Below, in pieces: positions 47,214-56,222 of a DNA stretch of 64,000 bases (position 1 is its first letter; each line of letters begins with the position of its first letter). Position numbers and translations under genes: made by a program. Source of the DNA: Bacteroidales bacterium (GTDB lineage Bacteria; Bacteroidota; Bacteroidia; Bacteroidales; VadinHA17); NCBI GenBank assembly GCA_036759025.1, contig DAIOVL010000018.1:2494-66493 (forward strand), given 5' to 3'. Below the pieces are notes generated by a model. The model was not told where the DNA came from, ran no database searches, and saw only the letters and a list, made by a program, of their open reading frames with translations.

Positions 47214-48728
47214 ATGTGTAAATTCAGGATTTTAGCGGTGGTGTTTATAACTTCACTTCTTCTTGGATCATGCAGTCTTTTCAAGAAAGGTGATCAGAAT
47301 GTCTCTTCTACAACAGGATGGGCTTACAATGATCCCGACAACGGAGGATTTGAAGTTGCTGTGGGAGCTGAGCAGATGACCGGCCCGGGTCTGGTTCTGA
47401 TCGAAGGAGGCAGGTTTACCATGGGGCAGGTTGCACAGGATGTTCTTTTTGACTGGAACAACAAGCCGAGAACCGTTACGGTCTCCTCATTCTACATGGA
47501 TGAGACCGAGATCACCAATGTTGATTACCGTGAATATCTCTTCTGGCTGCGCCGTGTTTATGTGGATTATCCTGAAGTTTACAGAAGAGCACTCCCCGAT
47601 ACACTCGTATGGAGAAGCCCTATGGGTTTCAACGATCCCTATGTGCAGTACTATTTCCGTCACCCATCCTATAATAATTACCCCGTGGTGGGTGTCAGCT
47701 GGGTCAAGGCAAATGATTACTGCCTGTGGCGCAGCAACAGGGTGAACGAACAGCTGCTCATAGATGAAGGAGAACTTCTTCCCAATCCCAATCAGGTAAA
47801 CCAGGATAATTTTGATACCGAAGCCTACCTGGCAGGTCAGTATGAAGGAGTTACGAACAAGCTGAGGGAAAGTCTCAACCCCAACCAGACTGAAAGGAGG
47901 ACAAATTTCGAAGACGGGATACTTCTTCCAAATTACCGCCTTCCAACAGAAGCAGAATGGGAGTTTGCAGCTTATGCACTCAGGGGCACCACATTCGAGG
48001 AACGTATTTATGAAAGAAGAATATATCCGTGGGACGGCCACAATGTAAGAAATGCAGAGCCCAGGCACCGTGGTGAGATGATGGCAAACTTTGTAAGAGG
48101 CCGTGGCGACATGATGGGCGTGGCAGGAAGTCTGAACGACAACGCAAGTATTACCAGCGAAGTAAGATCATACTGGCCTAACGATTACGGACTTTATTGC
48201 ATGGCCGGAAATGTTAACGAATGGGTTCAGGATGTATACCGCCCTCTTACATTCGAGGATGTTGATGAGTTTAATCCTTTCAGGGGTAATGTCTTTACCG
48301 ACCTTCGGCGTGACGCCAACGGCAGGGTGGTGACAAAAAACAATCTCGGAAAGCTTTATGTGGATACAGTCAAGGCTGCCGACGTGTCAGACAGATACAA
48401 TTATCAGAAGGGAGATTACAGGAATTATCGTGATGGCGATCAGAAATCATCCATCCTGAATGCAGAATGGGCCACCGAAGATGACCCCGACAACCTGAAA
48501 GGCTCATCACGTATGTATTATCAGGGTAGTGGCGGAGAAAATACCAGCACAGCCGATTTTGTCACGCTGATAAACGATAAAGCCAGGGTGTACAAGGGAG
48601 GATCATGGAAAGACAGGGCCTACTGGCTCAATCCTTCAACAAGGAGATTCCTCGATCAGGAGGAATCAAGAGACGATTTAGGTTTCCGCTGTGCAATGAT
48701 AAGGGTTGGAAGTCCGGCAGGATTCTGA
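47214..48728 (+). CDS. gldJ: GldJ-like lipoprotein (FGE-sulfatase/SUMF1 fold; GldJ/GldK/PorK family)
   Basis: Lipobox LLGSC. SSTTGWAYNDPDNGGF...GPGLVLIEGGRFTMG, NYPVVGVSWVKANDYCLW, LPTEAEWEFAA, GGSWKDRAYWLNPSTRRF...LGFRCA. I call gldJ rather than gldK/porK because there is no gldLMN downstream and porUV and murF are adjacent, which is the arrangement I recall for Flavobacterium. Confidence 0.7.
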   Translation: MCKFRILAVVFITSLLLGSCSLFKKGDQNVSSTTGWAYNDPDNGGFEVAVGAEQMTGPGLVLIEGGRFTMGQVAQDVLFDWNNKPRTVTVSSFYMDETEITNVDYREYLFWLRRVYVDYPEVYRRALPDTLVWRSPMGFNDPYVQYYFRHPSYNNYPVVGVSWVKANDYCLWRSNRVNEQLLIDEGELLPNPNQVNQDNFDTEAYLAGQYEGVTNKLRESLNPNQTERRTNFEDGILLPNYRLPTEAEWEFAAYALRGTTFEERIYERRIYPWDGHNVRNAEPRHRGEMMANFVRGRGDMMGVAGSLNDNASITSEVRSYWPNDYGLYCMAGNVNEWVQDVYRPLTFEDVDEFNPFRGNVFTDLRRDANGRVVTKNNLGKLYVDTVKAADVSDRYNYQKGDYRNYRDGDQKSSILNAEWATEDDPDNLKGSSRMYYQGSGGENTSTADFVTLINDKARVYKGGSWKDRAYWLNPSTRRFLDQEESRDDLGFRCAMIRVGSPAGF

Positions 48729-48751
48729 CAGCGGACAAACGGGAAATATAC

Positions 48752-48873
48752 GGGGCTGTCTCAAAACCCTTTATTTACCCCCTGCCCCCTGAAGGGGGTT
48801 CTGAAAAAGATTGTAAAATTTCCCTGTCGGGAGATTCAGGGGTAAAAAAAGAAACGAGTTCTGAGACAGCCCC
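48752..48873 (+). repeat. About 122-nt nested inverted-repeat element between gldJ and murF; probable complex terminator, REP-like element or small structured RNA
   Basis: Outer arms GGGGCTGTCTCA (48752-63) and TGAGACAGCCCC (48862-73) are followed by TTTTATATA. Middle pairing is TTTACCCC (48774-81) with GGGGTAAA (48839-46). Inner hairpins are CCCCC-TGAA-GGGGG (48785-98) and CCCTG-N10-CAGGG (48822-41). Confidence 0.6.
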
Positions 48874-48919
48874 TTTTATATAATAAAGGTACTACAGTCA
48901 ATAATAAGAGTGTTCAGTC

Positions 48920-50212
48920 ATGAAAACGGAACTGCTATATAGTCTGTTCAGAGAATCAACAGGGATCTCCACCGATTCAAGAAATGTTAAAAAAGGCGAG
49001 ATATTCTTCGCTCTCTGGGGAGATAAATATAACGGAAACACCTTTGCAGCAGGTGCCCTGGCAAAGGGAGCCTCCTGGGCAGTGATCGACGATCCGGCAT
49101 TCGAAACAGAGAAGACCATTCTCGTCGATGATACCCTCTTCGAACTTCAGGCACTTGCCTCTCACTACCGGAAGGAAATGAAAGCCGAAGTCCTGGCAAT
49201 AACCGGAACAAACGGTAAAACGACTACTAAAGAGCTGATAGCAGCAATACTGGGCAAAAAATATAAGGTGCATTCCACACAGGGAAACCTTAATAACCAT
49301 ATCGGTGTCCCCCTTACCATCCTGTCAGCCCCCGAAGGAACGGAAATGATGGTCCTCGAAATGGGAGCAAACCATGTCGGTGAGGTACGAACACTCTGTC
49401 ATATCGCCAAACCAGATTTCGGAATAATAACGAACATCAGCCCTGCCCATATAGAAGGATTCGGCTCCTTCGAAGGCGTTGTGAGGGCAAAGACCGAACT
49501 GTATGAACATCTCCGCAAAATAAACGGAGTAGCCCTTTATAATGATAATGACAATTTACTTTCCGAAAAAATTTTTAAACTGGTAAACCGTGCCGTGCCA
49601 TTTTCAAATCCTTCTGGAATAAAACTCGAGTTAACCGCAATCCCTTCCGATTTAAACCTCAGGGTGAACGTGAAGTACAGGGAAACAACACGCACCATCA
49701 GCACAAGACTCTTCGGCGGGTATAACATTGAAAATCTGAGAGCTGCCATAGCCACCGGGCTCTTCTTCGGCGTCGACATGAATGATATTGCCGCAGAAGT
49801 GGAAAAATATGAGCCTGTGAACAACAGGTCGCAGGTTATGAAAACAAAGAAAAACACCGTGATCTGTGACTCATATAATGCCAATCCTTCAAGTATGAAA
49901 AAAGCCCTGGAATCATTTGCAGCACTTGAGGCTCAAAACAAGGTCTGTATCCTGGGCGACATGCTCGAGATGGGCGACAGGGGAGAAGAGGAACATACAC
50001 GCATACACAGGATACTGACGGATCATAACCTGCTTAATGTCATGCTTGTAGGTCCTGTCTTCACCAGAGTTTCAGCAGGCTTCAGGTTCAAGACCTTCCA
50101 TGATGTGAGCAGACTGAAAGAATATCTTAAGCTTAAGCCTCTGGAAGGTTGTCATATCCTTGTAAAAGGATCGAGAGGTATCATGCTTGAGCAGGTATAC
50201 GAGATGCTTTGA
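48920..50212 (+). CDS. murF: UDP-N-acetylmuramoyl-tripeptide--D-alanyl-D-alanine ligase
   Basis: ITGTNGKTTTKE, MGANHVGE, DSYNANPSSM. Confidence 0.92.
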   Translation: MKTELLYSLFRESTGISTDSRNVKKGEIFFALWGDKYNGNTFAAGALAKGASWAVIDDPAFETEKTILVDDTLFELQALASHYRKEMKAEVLAITGTNGKTTTKELIAAILGKKYKVHSTQGNLNNHIGVPLTILSAPEGTEMMVLEMGANHVGEVRTLCHIAKPDFGIITNISPAHIEGFGSFEGVVRAKTELYEHLRKINGVALYNDNDNLLSEKIFKLVNRAVPFSNPSGIKLELTAIPSDLNLRVNVKYRETTRTISTRLFGGYNIENLRAAIATGLFFGVDMNDIAAEVEKYEPVNNRSQVMKTKKNTVICDSYNANPSSMKKALESFAALEAQNKVCILGDMLEMGDRGEEEHTRIHRILTDHNLLNVMLVGPVFTRVSAGFRFKTFHDVSRLKEYLKLKPLEGCHILVKGSRGIMLEQVYEML

Positions 50213-50227
50213 AAAAAGCATTATGTT

Positions 50228-50254
50228 AAATGTCAGTTACTGAAACTGACATTT
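50228..50254. terminator. Perfect 11-bp hairpin between convergent murF and the metallophosphoesterase gene, overlapping the last codons of the latter
   Basis: AAATGTCAGTT / ACTGA / AACTGACATTT. The right arm encodes ...NVSFSN-stop of the minus-strand gene. Confidence 0.55.
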
Positions 50255-51384
50255 ATCAGAAGAACCTCAGGACGGCTTCCTGAACGGACCCTCGGTCCCC
50301 ATAATCCGAAACCTGACGAAACTATGAACTGGGAATTTCCTTTACGGAGATAACCGTAACTTACTTCGTACATTCTTTTGGTAATGAGATTAAGAGGCCA
50401 GAACTGTCCGTTATGGGTGTGCCCGGATAGCTGAAGGTCGACTCCCGCCTTCTCTGCTTCTTCAAGTTTAACGGGCTGGTGATCAAGAACGATCAGCGGC
50501 CGGCTGCGGTCCGCATTTTTCATTATTTCTTCCAGAGTAAGCCTTTCCGCTGAGTTATGCCACCTTGAATCCCTGTCAAGCCTTCCAAACAGCTGTATGC
50601 CTCCCGGAAGAACTTCCATCTCATCTTTCAGAACCCTTATTCCATGGCTTTCAATATATGGTATGGTACGTTCGGCTTTTCCAATGAATTCATGATTGCC
50701 GGTAATGGCAAATAATCCGTCGACACTCTCAGGAGGATCGAAATACTTAAGAAGATCGCCCCTCAGCACCGGTCCCATCTCACCATCAACAATGTCGCCA
50801 AGGAGAAAAACCGCCTCAGGCTTTAGCTCATGCATCATGGCAGAAAGCTTTCTTATGCTTCTTTTTCTGATTATACTGCCAAGGTGAATGTCAGAAACTG
50901 CCACTATCCTGAGATGGTCAACGCCATCTGTCTTTTTTCCGATTGTGACATTGTATTCCGTGACTTTCGGGCTCACGGCATTGATGAAACCTGCTGCAAT
51001 CAGAACTACCGACAATGCCGTTGTTCCAATAAAGGACCATCTCCTGATTTCCGGAAGGGCTTCGCGGCCGATGACACCTGTGAGTTTCAGGATAAGAACC
51101 GTAATGTCGGTGAACAACAGGAAAAGGAAAGCATAGAGCATGAATGCAAGCCAGAACCCGCCTGCAATATTAAGTATATCCGAAAAAACAGATGAATGAT
51201 TTGTTTCAAGGATCTTTCCAGTAACAAACATCGATGCAAGGAGGATGAAAGCAGTAAAATACAGTATCCTGTTTTCCCTTGCCCAGGATAAGGAATTATA
51301 CCCCTTGATGAAAATGTACAGATTACCAAGAAAATATACCGTAAAAACTATACTGAAAAATATAAGGAACTGATGGTTTTTCAT
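50233..51384 (-). CDS. Membrane-anchored calcineurin-like metallophosphoesterase (YkuE-like)
   Basis: The N-terminal ~140 aa are hydrophobic (multiple TM). Then VAVSDIHLGS, LLGDIVDG, ITGNHEF, LSGHTHNGQ. Confidence 0.85.
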   Translation of the reverse strand: MKNHQFLIFFSIVFTVYFLGNLYIFIKGYNSLSWARENRILYFTAFILLASMFVTGKILETNHSSVFSDILNIAGGFWLAFMLYAFLFLLFTDITVLILKLTGVIGREALPEIRRWSFIGTTALSVVLIAAGFINAVSPKVTEYNVTIGKKTDGVDHLRIVAVSDIHLGSIIRKRSIRKLSAMMHELKPEAVFLLGDIVDGEMGPVLRGDLLKYFDPPESVDGLFAITGNHEFIGKAERTIPYIESHGIRVLKDEMEVLPGGIQLFGRLDRDSRWHNSAERLTLEEIMKNADRSRPLIVLDHQPVKLEEAEKAGVDLQLSGHTHNGQFWPLNLITKRMYEVSYGYLRKGNSQFIVSSGFGLWGPRVRSGSRPEVLLINVSFSN

Positions 51385-51402
51385 ACGTGTACTAAATAAA
51401 AT

Positions 51403-52419
51403 TCAGAGACTGCTGTATTTTTTTCGTTTCATGATATAAAACTCAAAAACAATGCTCTTGTTCAAAATCAGCTCCGGAAATTTATACCCGCCCATTTCAC
51501 CGATCATTCTTCTTTTCTCCTGCAGCACCTTTATCTGTTTTCTTACTTCGTTATGAGCTTTCCAGACCGATCCGGCTGCTGAAGCCTGTCCCTTAAGGAG
51601 GAAGGACAAAGCTGCCACACCGTCAAGGAGCTTCCTGGTAAACACCGTTTTCCGTAATTTGTCATCCGGAAGATTTTTGTAGAGAAGATAGAGGCTGTTG
51701 CGGAAGTTCAGGAAAGTTTTAAATGGGGAACTGTAGGGGAGGGCTCCTCCTCCCACGTGAAATACTTTTGACTGTGGGACAAAAGAGATGCTGTATCCCA
51801 GACGGTGAAACCGCCAGCAGAGATCTATCTCTTCCATGTGTGCAAAGAAGTCGGCATCAAAGCCGCCTGCTTTATGCCATGCTTCAGCACGTAATGCCAT
51901 GCAGGCTCCTGATGACCAGAATATGTTTACGGGAGTATCATACTGACCCCTATCTGGTTCTGTGTTAGTGAAAATTCGTCCGCGGCAGAAGGGGTATCCG
52001 TATCTGTCGATGAAACCTCCCGCGGCTCCTGCATATTCAAAATGATCTTTTTCTTTCCAGGACAGTATCTTAGGCTGGCAGGAGGCAATGCCGGGATCAG
52101 AATCGAGAAAGCCGGTCAGGGGCTCCAGCCAGCCAGGAGTAACCTCGATATCGGAATTGAGAAGCACATAATATCTCGCATCTATTTGGCTGAGAGCAAG
52201 GTTGTAACCGCCAGCAAAACCGTGATTTTTGCCGAGTCTTAAAACCTTTACACTGCCTTTGAAGGATTCAAGATATTCACACGACCCGTCATCCGATCCG
52301 TTATCGGCAACATACACTTCAGTATCTGGTCCGGAGGAGTGTTCAATCACTTTCCCGAGGAACATTTCAAGGAATTCCTTCCCGTTCCAGTTCAATATTA
52401 CAACTGCAGTCTTAATCAT
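51403..52419 (-). CDS. Family-2 glycosyltransferase (rhamnosyltransferase-like)
   Basis: AVVILNWNGKEFL, VADNGSDDGS, LGKNHGFAGGYN, LLNSDIEV. Confidence 0.85.
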   Translation of the reverse strand: MIKTAVVILNWNGKEFLEMFLGKVIEHSSGPDTEVYVADNGSDDGSCEYLESFKGSVKVLRLGKNHGFAGGYNLALSQIDARYYVLLNSDIEVTPGWLEPLTGFLDSDPGIASCQPKILSWKEKDHFEYAGAAGGFIDRYGYPFCRGRIFTNTEPDRGQYDTPVNIFWSSGACMALRAEAWHKAGGFDADFFAHMEEIDLCWRFHRLGYSISFVPQSKVFHVGGGALPYSSPFKTFLNFRNSLYLLYKNLPDDKLRKTVFTRKLLDGVAALSFLLKGQASAAGSVWKAHNEVRKQIKVLQEKRRMIGEMGGYKFPELILNKSIVFEFYIMKRKKYSSL

Positions 52420-53296
52420 CCGGGGTCTCTCTCTTATGTTTCCAGCGGCGATGACTCCATACCCAGTATTCAGGCTTTTCCCTGATAATCTCTTCCAGCC
52501 TTCTTACGTGGGTTTCTGTAATCAGATGCTCCTGGATCCCCTTCGTATGTTCAAAGAGCAGCTCTGCTGAAAATGAATAATATCCCCTCCTGATTTTTTG
52601 TATGTTGATGAATATCAATGCCATGTCATATTTTGAGGCGATTTTTTCAGCTCCCAGGTATACCGGTGTGTCCTGGTTCAGAAATGATGTCCGGAATCTG
52701 ATGTCATTTTTCGGGGGCGTCTGGTCTGTGAGAAAAGAATACAGGGATAACAGGTTTTTATTGCGGTTTTGCAGAACGTCGCGGACAACATGCTGCATTG
52801 GTGTCAGTGTCATTCCGTACTGTGAGCGGCAGTCGATCATAAACTGATCGAAGCTCTTATTGCTCAGGGGCTTATAAATTGAAACGAAATTATATTCTGC
52901 CCACAGGGGGAGGCTTGTAAGCCATTCCCAGTTACAGTAGTGCCCGAGTACTGCAACAACATCACGGCCTTCGCCAAGGAGCTTCTTAAGCAAACCGGGA
53001 TTACTGAAAGAGATCCTTTTCATGATCTGCTTTTCCGACATATGAGTAAGCTTGAAGGTTTCAATAAACAGATCGCACAGGTGATGGTAGAATTTTTTTT
53101 CAACAGTGATAATTTCGTTCAGGGTCTTTTCGGGAAATGAGTTGGCAAGATTTGTTCTGACGACCTTTCGGCGGTACCCCGGGAAGTAATAGATCAGGGG
53201 GAAGATCAGATCGGAGAATAAGTAAAGCACTCTGAGAGGAAGGAGAGTAAAAATCCAGTTCAGACCATAAAAAATATAATAGCCTGTCTTGCCCAT
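52412..53296 (-). CDS. LpxL/HtrB-family lipid A (Kdo2-lipid IVA-type) late acyltransferase
   Basis: N-terminal TM segment, HX4E motif GHYCNWEW, and ~290-aa length typical of the family. Confidence 0.75.
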   Translation of the reverse strand: MGKTGYYIFYGLNWIFTLLPLRVLYLFSDLIFPLIYYFPGYRRKVVRTNLANSFPEKTLNEIITVEKKFYHHLCDLFIETFKLTHMSEKQIMKRISFSNPGLLKKLLGEGRDVVAVLGHYCNWEWLTSLPLWAEYNFVSIYKPLSNKSFDQFMIDCRSQYGMTLTPMQHVVRDVLQNRNKNLLSLYSFLTDQTPPKNDIRFRTSFLNQDTPVYLGAEKIASKYDMALIFINIQKIRRGYYSFSAELLFEHTKGIQEHLITETHVRRLEEIIREKPEYWVWSHRRWKHKRETPDD

Positions 53297-53298
53297 TT

Positions 53299-54093
53299 TC
53301 AGGACATAAATTTACTTACAATTTCCTGAAATTCGTTATAAACATTTTTGTTGGAGGCTATGATCTCACTTCCGTCCAGGTCTTTTTCCCGGCCTGAAAA
53401 ATCGCTTACCCTGCCTCCTGCTTCGCGCACCAGCACTATTCCCGCTGCCACATCCCATATTTTAAGGTCGTATTCGTAGAAGGCCTCAAAACGGCCGCAT
53501 GCAACATAGGCCATGTCTATTGATGCTGATCCCAGCCTTCTCATTCCGTGGGTGGTCCTGCAAAAAGCTGAAAGGCTTTTAATAAAACCTTCAAGCCTGC
53601 TGAAGTCGTTATAAGGGAAACCTGTTGCAATCAGGCTGTCGGACAATCTATTTGCTGATGATACTTTTATGGGTTTGTCGTTAAGCCAGGCTCCTCCATT
53701 CTTCCATGCCCTGAAAAGTTCTCCTCCGCCTGCATTGCATATTACGCCTGCCACAGGCTCGCCGTTATCTGTCAGGGCCACACTGATGGCATAAGGCTGC
53801 AATCCGTGAACAAAGTTCGTGGTCCCGTCAAGCGGATCAATTATCCAGCAATATCTTGCGCAGGTGCCTGATGATGTACCCTCTTCGGCGATAAATCCTG
53901 CTTCAGGAACAACAGGTCTCAGTTTTTCAACCAGCATCTCTTCAGACTTCTTGTCGACATAGGAAACAAAATCGTTCATGCCTTTCACTTCAGTCCGGCT
54001 AATATCGAAACCAAGGGCTTCCCTTTTGATGAAATCCTCAGTTTCCAGAACAGCCTTTGCTATTCCGTCGCAAACACTTCTCAGGTCGGTCAT
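53299..54093 (-). CDS. Inositol monophosphatase-family protein (SuhB-like)
   Basis: FIAEEG, WIIDPLDGTTNFVHG, WDVAAG. I prefer the ATG at 54093 (4 nt after the mtaB stop) to the track's TTG at 54117. Confidence 0.85.
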   Translation of the reverse strand: MTDLRSVCDGIAKAVLETEDFIKREALGFDISRTEVKGMNDFVSYVDKKSEEMLVEKLRPVVPEAGFIAEEGTSSGTCARYCWIIDPLDGTTNFVHGLQPYAISVALTDNGEPVAGVICNAGGGELFRAWKNGGAWLNDKPIKVSSANRLSDSLIATGFPYNDFSRLEGFIKSLSAFCRTTHGMRRLGSASIDMAYVACGRFEAFYEYDLKIWDVAAGIVLVREAGGRVSDFSGREKDLDGSEIIASNKNVYNEFQEIVSKFMS

Positions 54094-54097
54094 ATTG

Positions 54098-55408
54098 TTA
54101 GAATTCAATAATATCAATACTCATTATTTCATCTCCCACAGGTTCCTTAAGCCTGACTTCCTTAATTTTACCGGGAAGAGAGGGATTCCAGGGATGCTCC
54201 ACTCTTATGTAATTCCCGGTGTAACCACTTATCATTCCGTTAACCTTTTTTTTCTCGAATAGCACTTCGGCATTTTTTCCACTGTTCCTAAGGAGGAAGT
54301 CCTTATGCTTCCGGTGTGAAAGATCTATCAGTATTTTGCTTCTCTTTTCCTTTTCCTTATGACTGATTTTGCCGCTCATGGATGCAGCCCTGGTGCCGGG
54401 GCGCTCCGACCATGTGAAAACATGAAGATATGACAGGGGCATCTCCACAAGAAAGGAAAGGGTTTCACTGAAATCTTTTTCAGTCTCGCCGGGAAACCCG
54501 ACAATTACGTCGGCCCCGATACCGGCCATGGGTATCATCTCCCTTATTTTTATTACCCTGCCGGCAAAAAGCTCTCTTTTATATCGTCTTCCCATAAGAG
54601 CAAGGATCCTGTCGGAACCACTCTGAAGAGGGATATGAAAATGTGGAAGCAGCTTTCTGTTTTCCGTGCATAATTCAATAATTTCGTCGGTAAGCAGGTT
54701 GGGCTCAACGGATGAGATCCTGTATCTTTCTATACCTTCAACCTTAGTAAGCTCCTTTAGCAGGGTGGTGAAAGTTTCGCCCGTCGATTTTCCGAAATCA
54801 CCGATGTTTACTCCTGTAAGCACTATTTCCTTTATGCCTTTTGCTGCGATTTCTTTTGCTTCGCCGACCAGTGTACTGACAGGGGGATTCCTGCTGCCTC
54901 CCCTTGCCAGGGCGACGGTACAGTAAGAACATCTGTAATCACATCCGTCCTGCACCTTAAGGAAGGCCCTTGTTCTGTCGCCTGCTGAAAGTGAATTGAC
55001 GAATCCTGTCTTGTCTGACAGTTCGCATGAATGGATCTCGGGATGTTTTGTTTTTTCGTGATTTTCAATAAAACGGGCCACATCGAATTTTTCGGCTGTG
55101 CCGAGCACGAGGTCAACACCGGGAATTGCAGCAATTTCCAGGGGTCTCATCTGTGCGTAACAGCCAACAACTGCTATGAATGCACCGGGCGACTTACGGA
55201 TGAATTTAGTTATAGCCTGCCTGCATTTTCTGTCAGCCGCTTCCGTCACCGTACATGTATTTATAATATAGATGTCGGCTTTGGAGCTGGCAGGCACTCT
55301 TTCAAACCTGTCTTCCGGAAATGATCCTGATAAAGCAGAAGTCTCTGTGAAATTAAGCTTGCAGCCGAGAGTATAGAATACAATTTTCTTTTTTTCCCGG
55401 TCATTCAT
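54098..55408 (-). CDS. mtaB: tRNA t6A37 methylthiotransferase MtaB (radical SAM MTTase)
   Basis: N-terminal YTLGCKLNF, radical-SAM CDYRCSYCTV, and a C-terminal TRAM-like segment. Confidence 0.9.
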   Translation of the reverse strand: MNDREKKKIVFYTLGCKLNFTETSALSGSFPEDRFERVPASSKADIYIINTCTVTEAADRKCRQAITKFIRKSPGAFIAVVGCYAQMRPLEIAAIPGVDLVLGTAEKFDVARFIENHEKTKHPEIHSCELSDKTGFVNSLSAGDRTRAFLKVQDGCDYRCSYCTVALARGGSRNPPVSTLVGEAKEIAAKGIKEIVLTGVNIGDFGKSTGETFTTLLKELTKVEGIERYRISSVEPNLLTDEIIELCTENRKLLPHFHIPLQSGSDRILALMGRRYKRELFAGRVIKIREMIPMAGIGADVIVGFPGETEKDFSETLSFLVEMPLSYLHVFTWSERPGTRAASMSGKISHKEKEKRSKILIDLSHRKHKDFLLRNSGKNAEVLFEKKKVNGMISGYTGNYIRVEHPWNPSLPGKIKEVRLKEPVGDEIMSIDIIEF

Positions 55409-55425
55409 TACCGTATGCGGCAGTG

Positions 55426-56094
55426 TTATTTTTTCTGTGTTACCACGACATTACGGAATTCAATGGCTTTTCCTTCGCTCTGCAGGCAGATGTGTCCGGC
55501 CGCAGGATCTACCTGTGTGCCTTTGTTCTGAAGTATACCATTTATATATACCGTTATGCTGTTTGCGGTACATGTAACCTCCATTTTGTTCCATTCTCCC
55601 GCTTCTTTCTCCGATGATTCTGCCATTTTCTTTATCACCCGTACCGATTTGTCGGTTCTCTCAGCCATATCGGCACCGTTCATGGTAACAAAATCACCGG
55701 CACTGCCAGCTTTAAGCTGAACCTCAACACATTTGGGCCATATTGTGTCAGGTTTCTGGGCATTGATAAACACGCCGCTGTTGGTTGCTTCAAGGGGCCA
55801 TCTCCATTCAAGGGAAAGGACATAGTCGGAAAAGGCCTCTTTTGTTCTCATATAGCCGAATGGTTGTCCGGTGATATGGATGACTCCTTCTTTCACAAGG
55901 AAGACCCCGGAAGGATCAACAGACTGATCTCTCAGGAAAAAATCCCAGTTTTCCAGGTTCTTTCCGTTAAAAAGGTTCACCGTCACAGGTTCGCTGTCGA
56001 CAGATTTTTCGCTTTTTCCTGTATTTGACTTGCACGAAAGGGCTGCTGCTATAATGATAATTACAGCCAGGGATAAAATGGATCTTGTTTTCAT
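55426..56094 (-). CDS. DUF1080-type (3-keto-disaccharide hydrolase-like) lipoprotein
   Basis: Lipobox ALSC. NWDFF...FLVKEGVIHITG...GYMRTKEAFSDYVLSLEWRW...NSGVFI...EVQL...GDF...ICLQSEGKAIEFRNV. Confidence 0.75.
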   Translation of the reverse strand: MKTRSILSLAVIIIIAAALSCKSNTGKSEKSVDSEPVTVNLFNGKNLENWDFFLRDQSVDPSGVFLVKEGVIHITGQPFGYMRTKEAFSDYVLSLEWRWPLEATNSGVFINAQKPDTIWPKCVEVQLKAGSAGDFVTMNGADMAERTDKSVRVIKKMAESSEKEAGEWNKMEVTCTANSITVYINGILQNKGTQVDPAAGHICLQSEGKAIEFRNVVVTQKK

Positions 56095-56117
56095 GTGGAT
56101 ACAATTATAATATTATT

Positions 56118-56125
56118 CAAATTTA
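56118..56125 (-). promoter_or_regulatory. -7 promoter box for the DUF1080-mtaB-suhB-lpxL-GT2-phosphoesterase gene string
   Basis: Plus-strand CAAATTTA equals minus-strand TAAATTTG, 23 nt upstream of the ATG at 56094. Confidence 0.45.
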
Positions 56126-56222
56126 AGCAGTTTAATGAGTATTTCCGGGTTTTTCGGGAGAGCGTGTACGATTTTTTTATGCCTGTCTCTGAGTTTGTCT
56201 CATGTGGGTTCCGGTTCTGTCT

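Noticed and set aside
47487-48068. 193-aa minus-strand ORF
   Set aside because: It is antisense to gldJ, which has strong family motifs. It is a shadow ORF.
48605-48883. 92-aa + strand ORF spanning the gldJ 3' end and the palindromic element
   Set aside because: It overlaps gldJ out of frame and then reads through nested inverted repeats (giving ...PLPPEGGSEKD...). Coding through a palindrome of this kind is an artefact.
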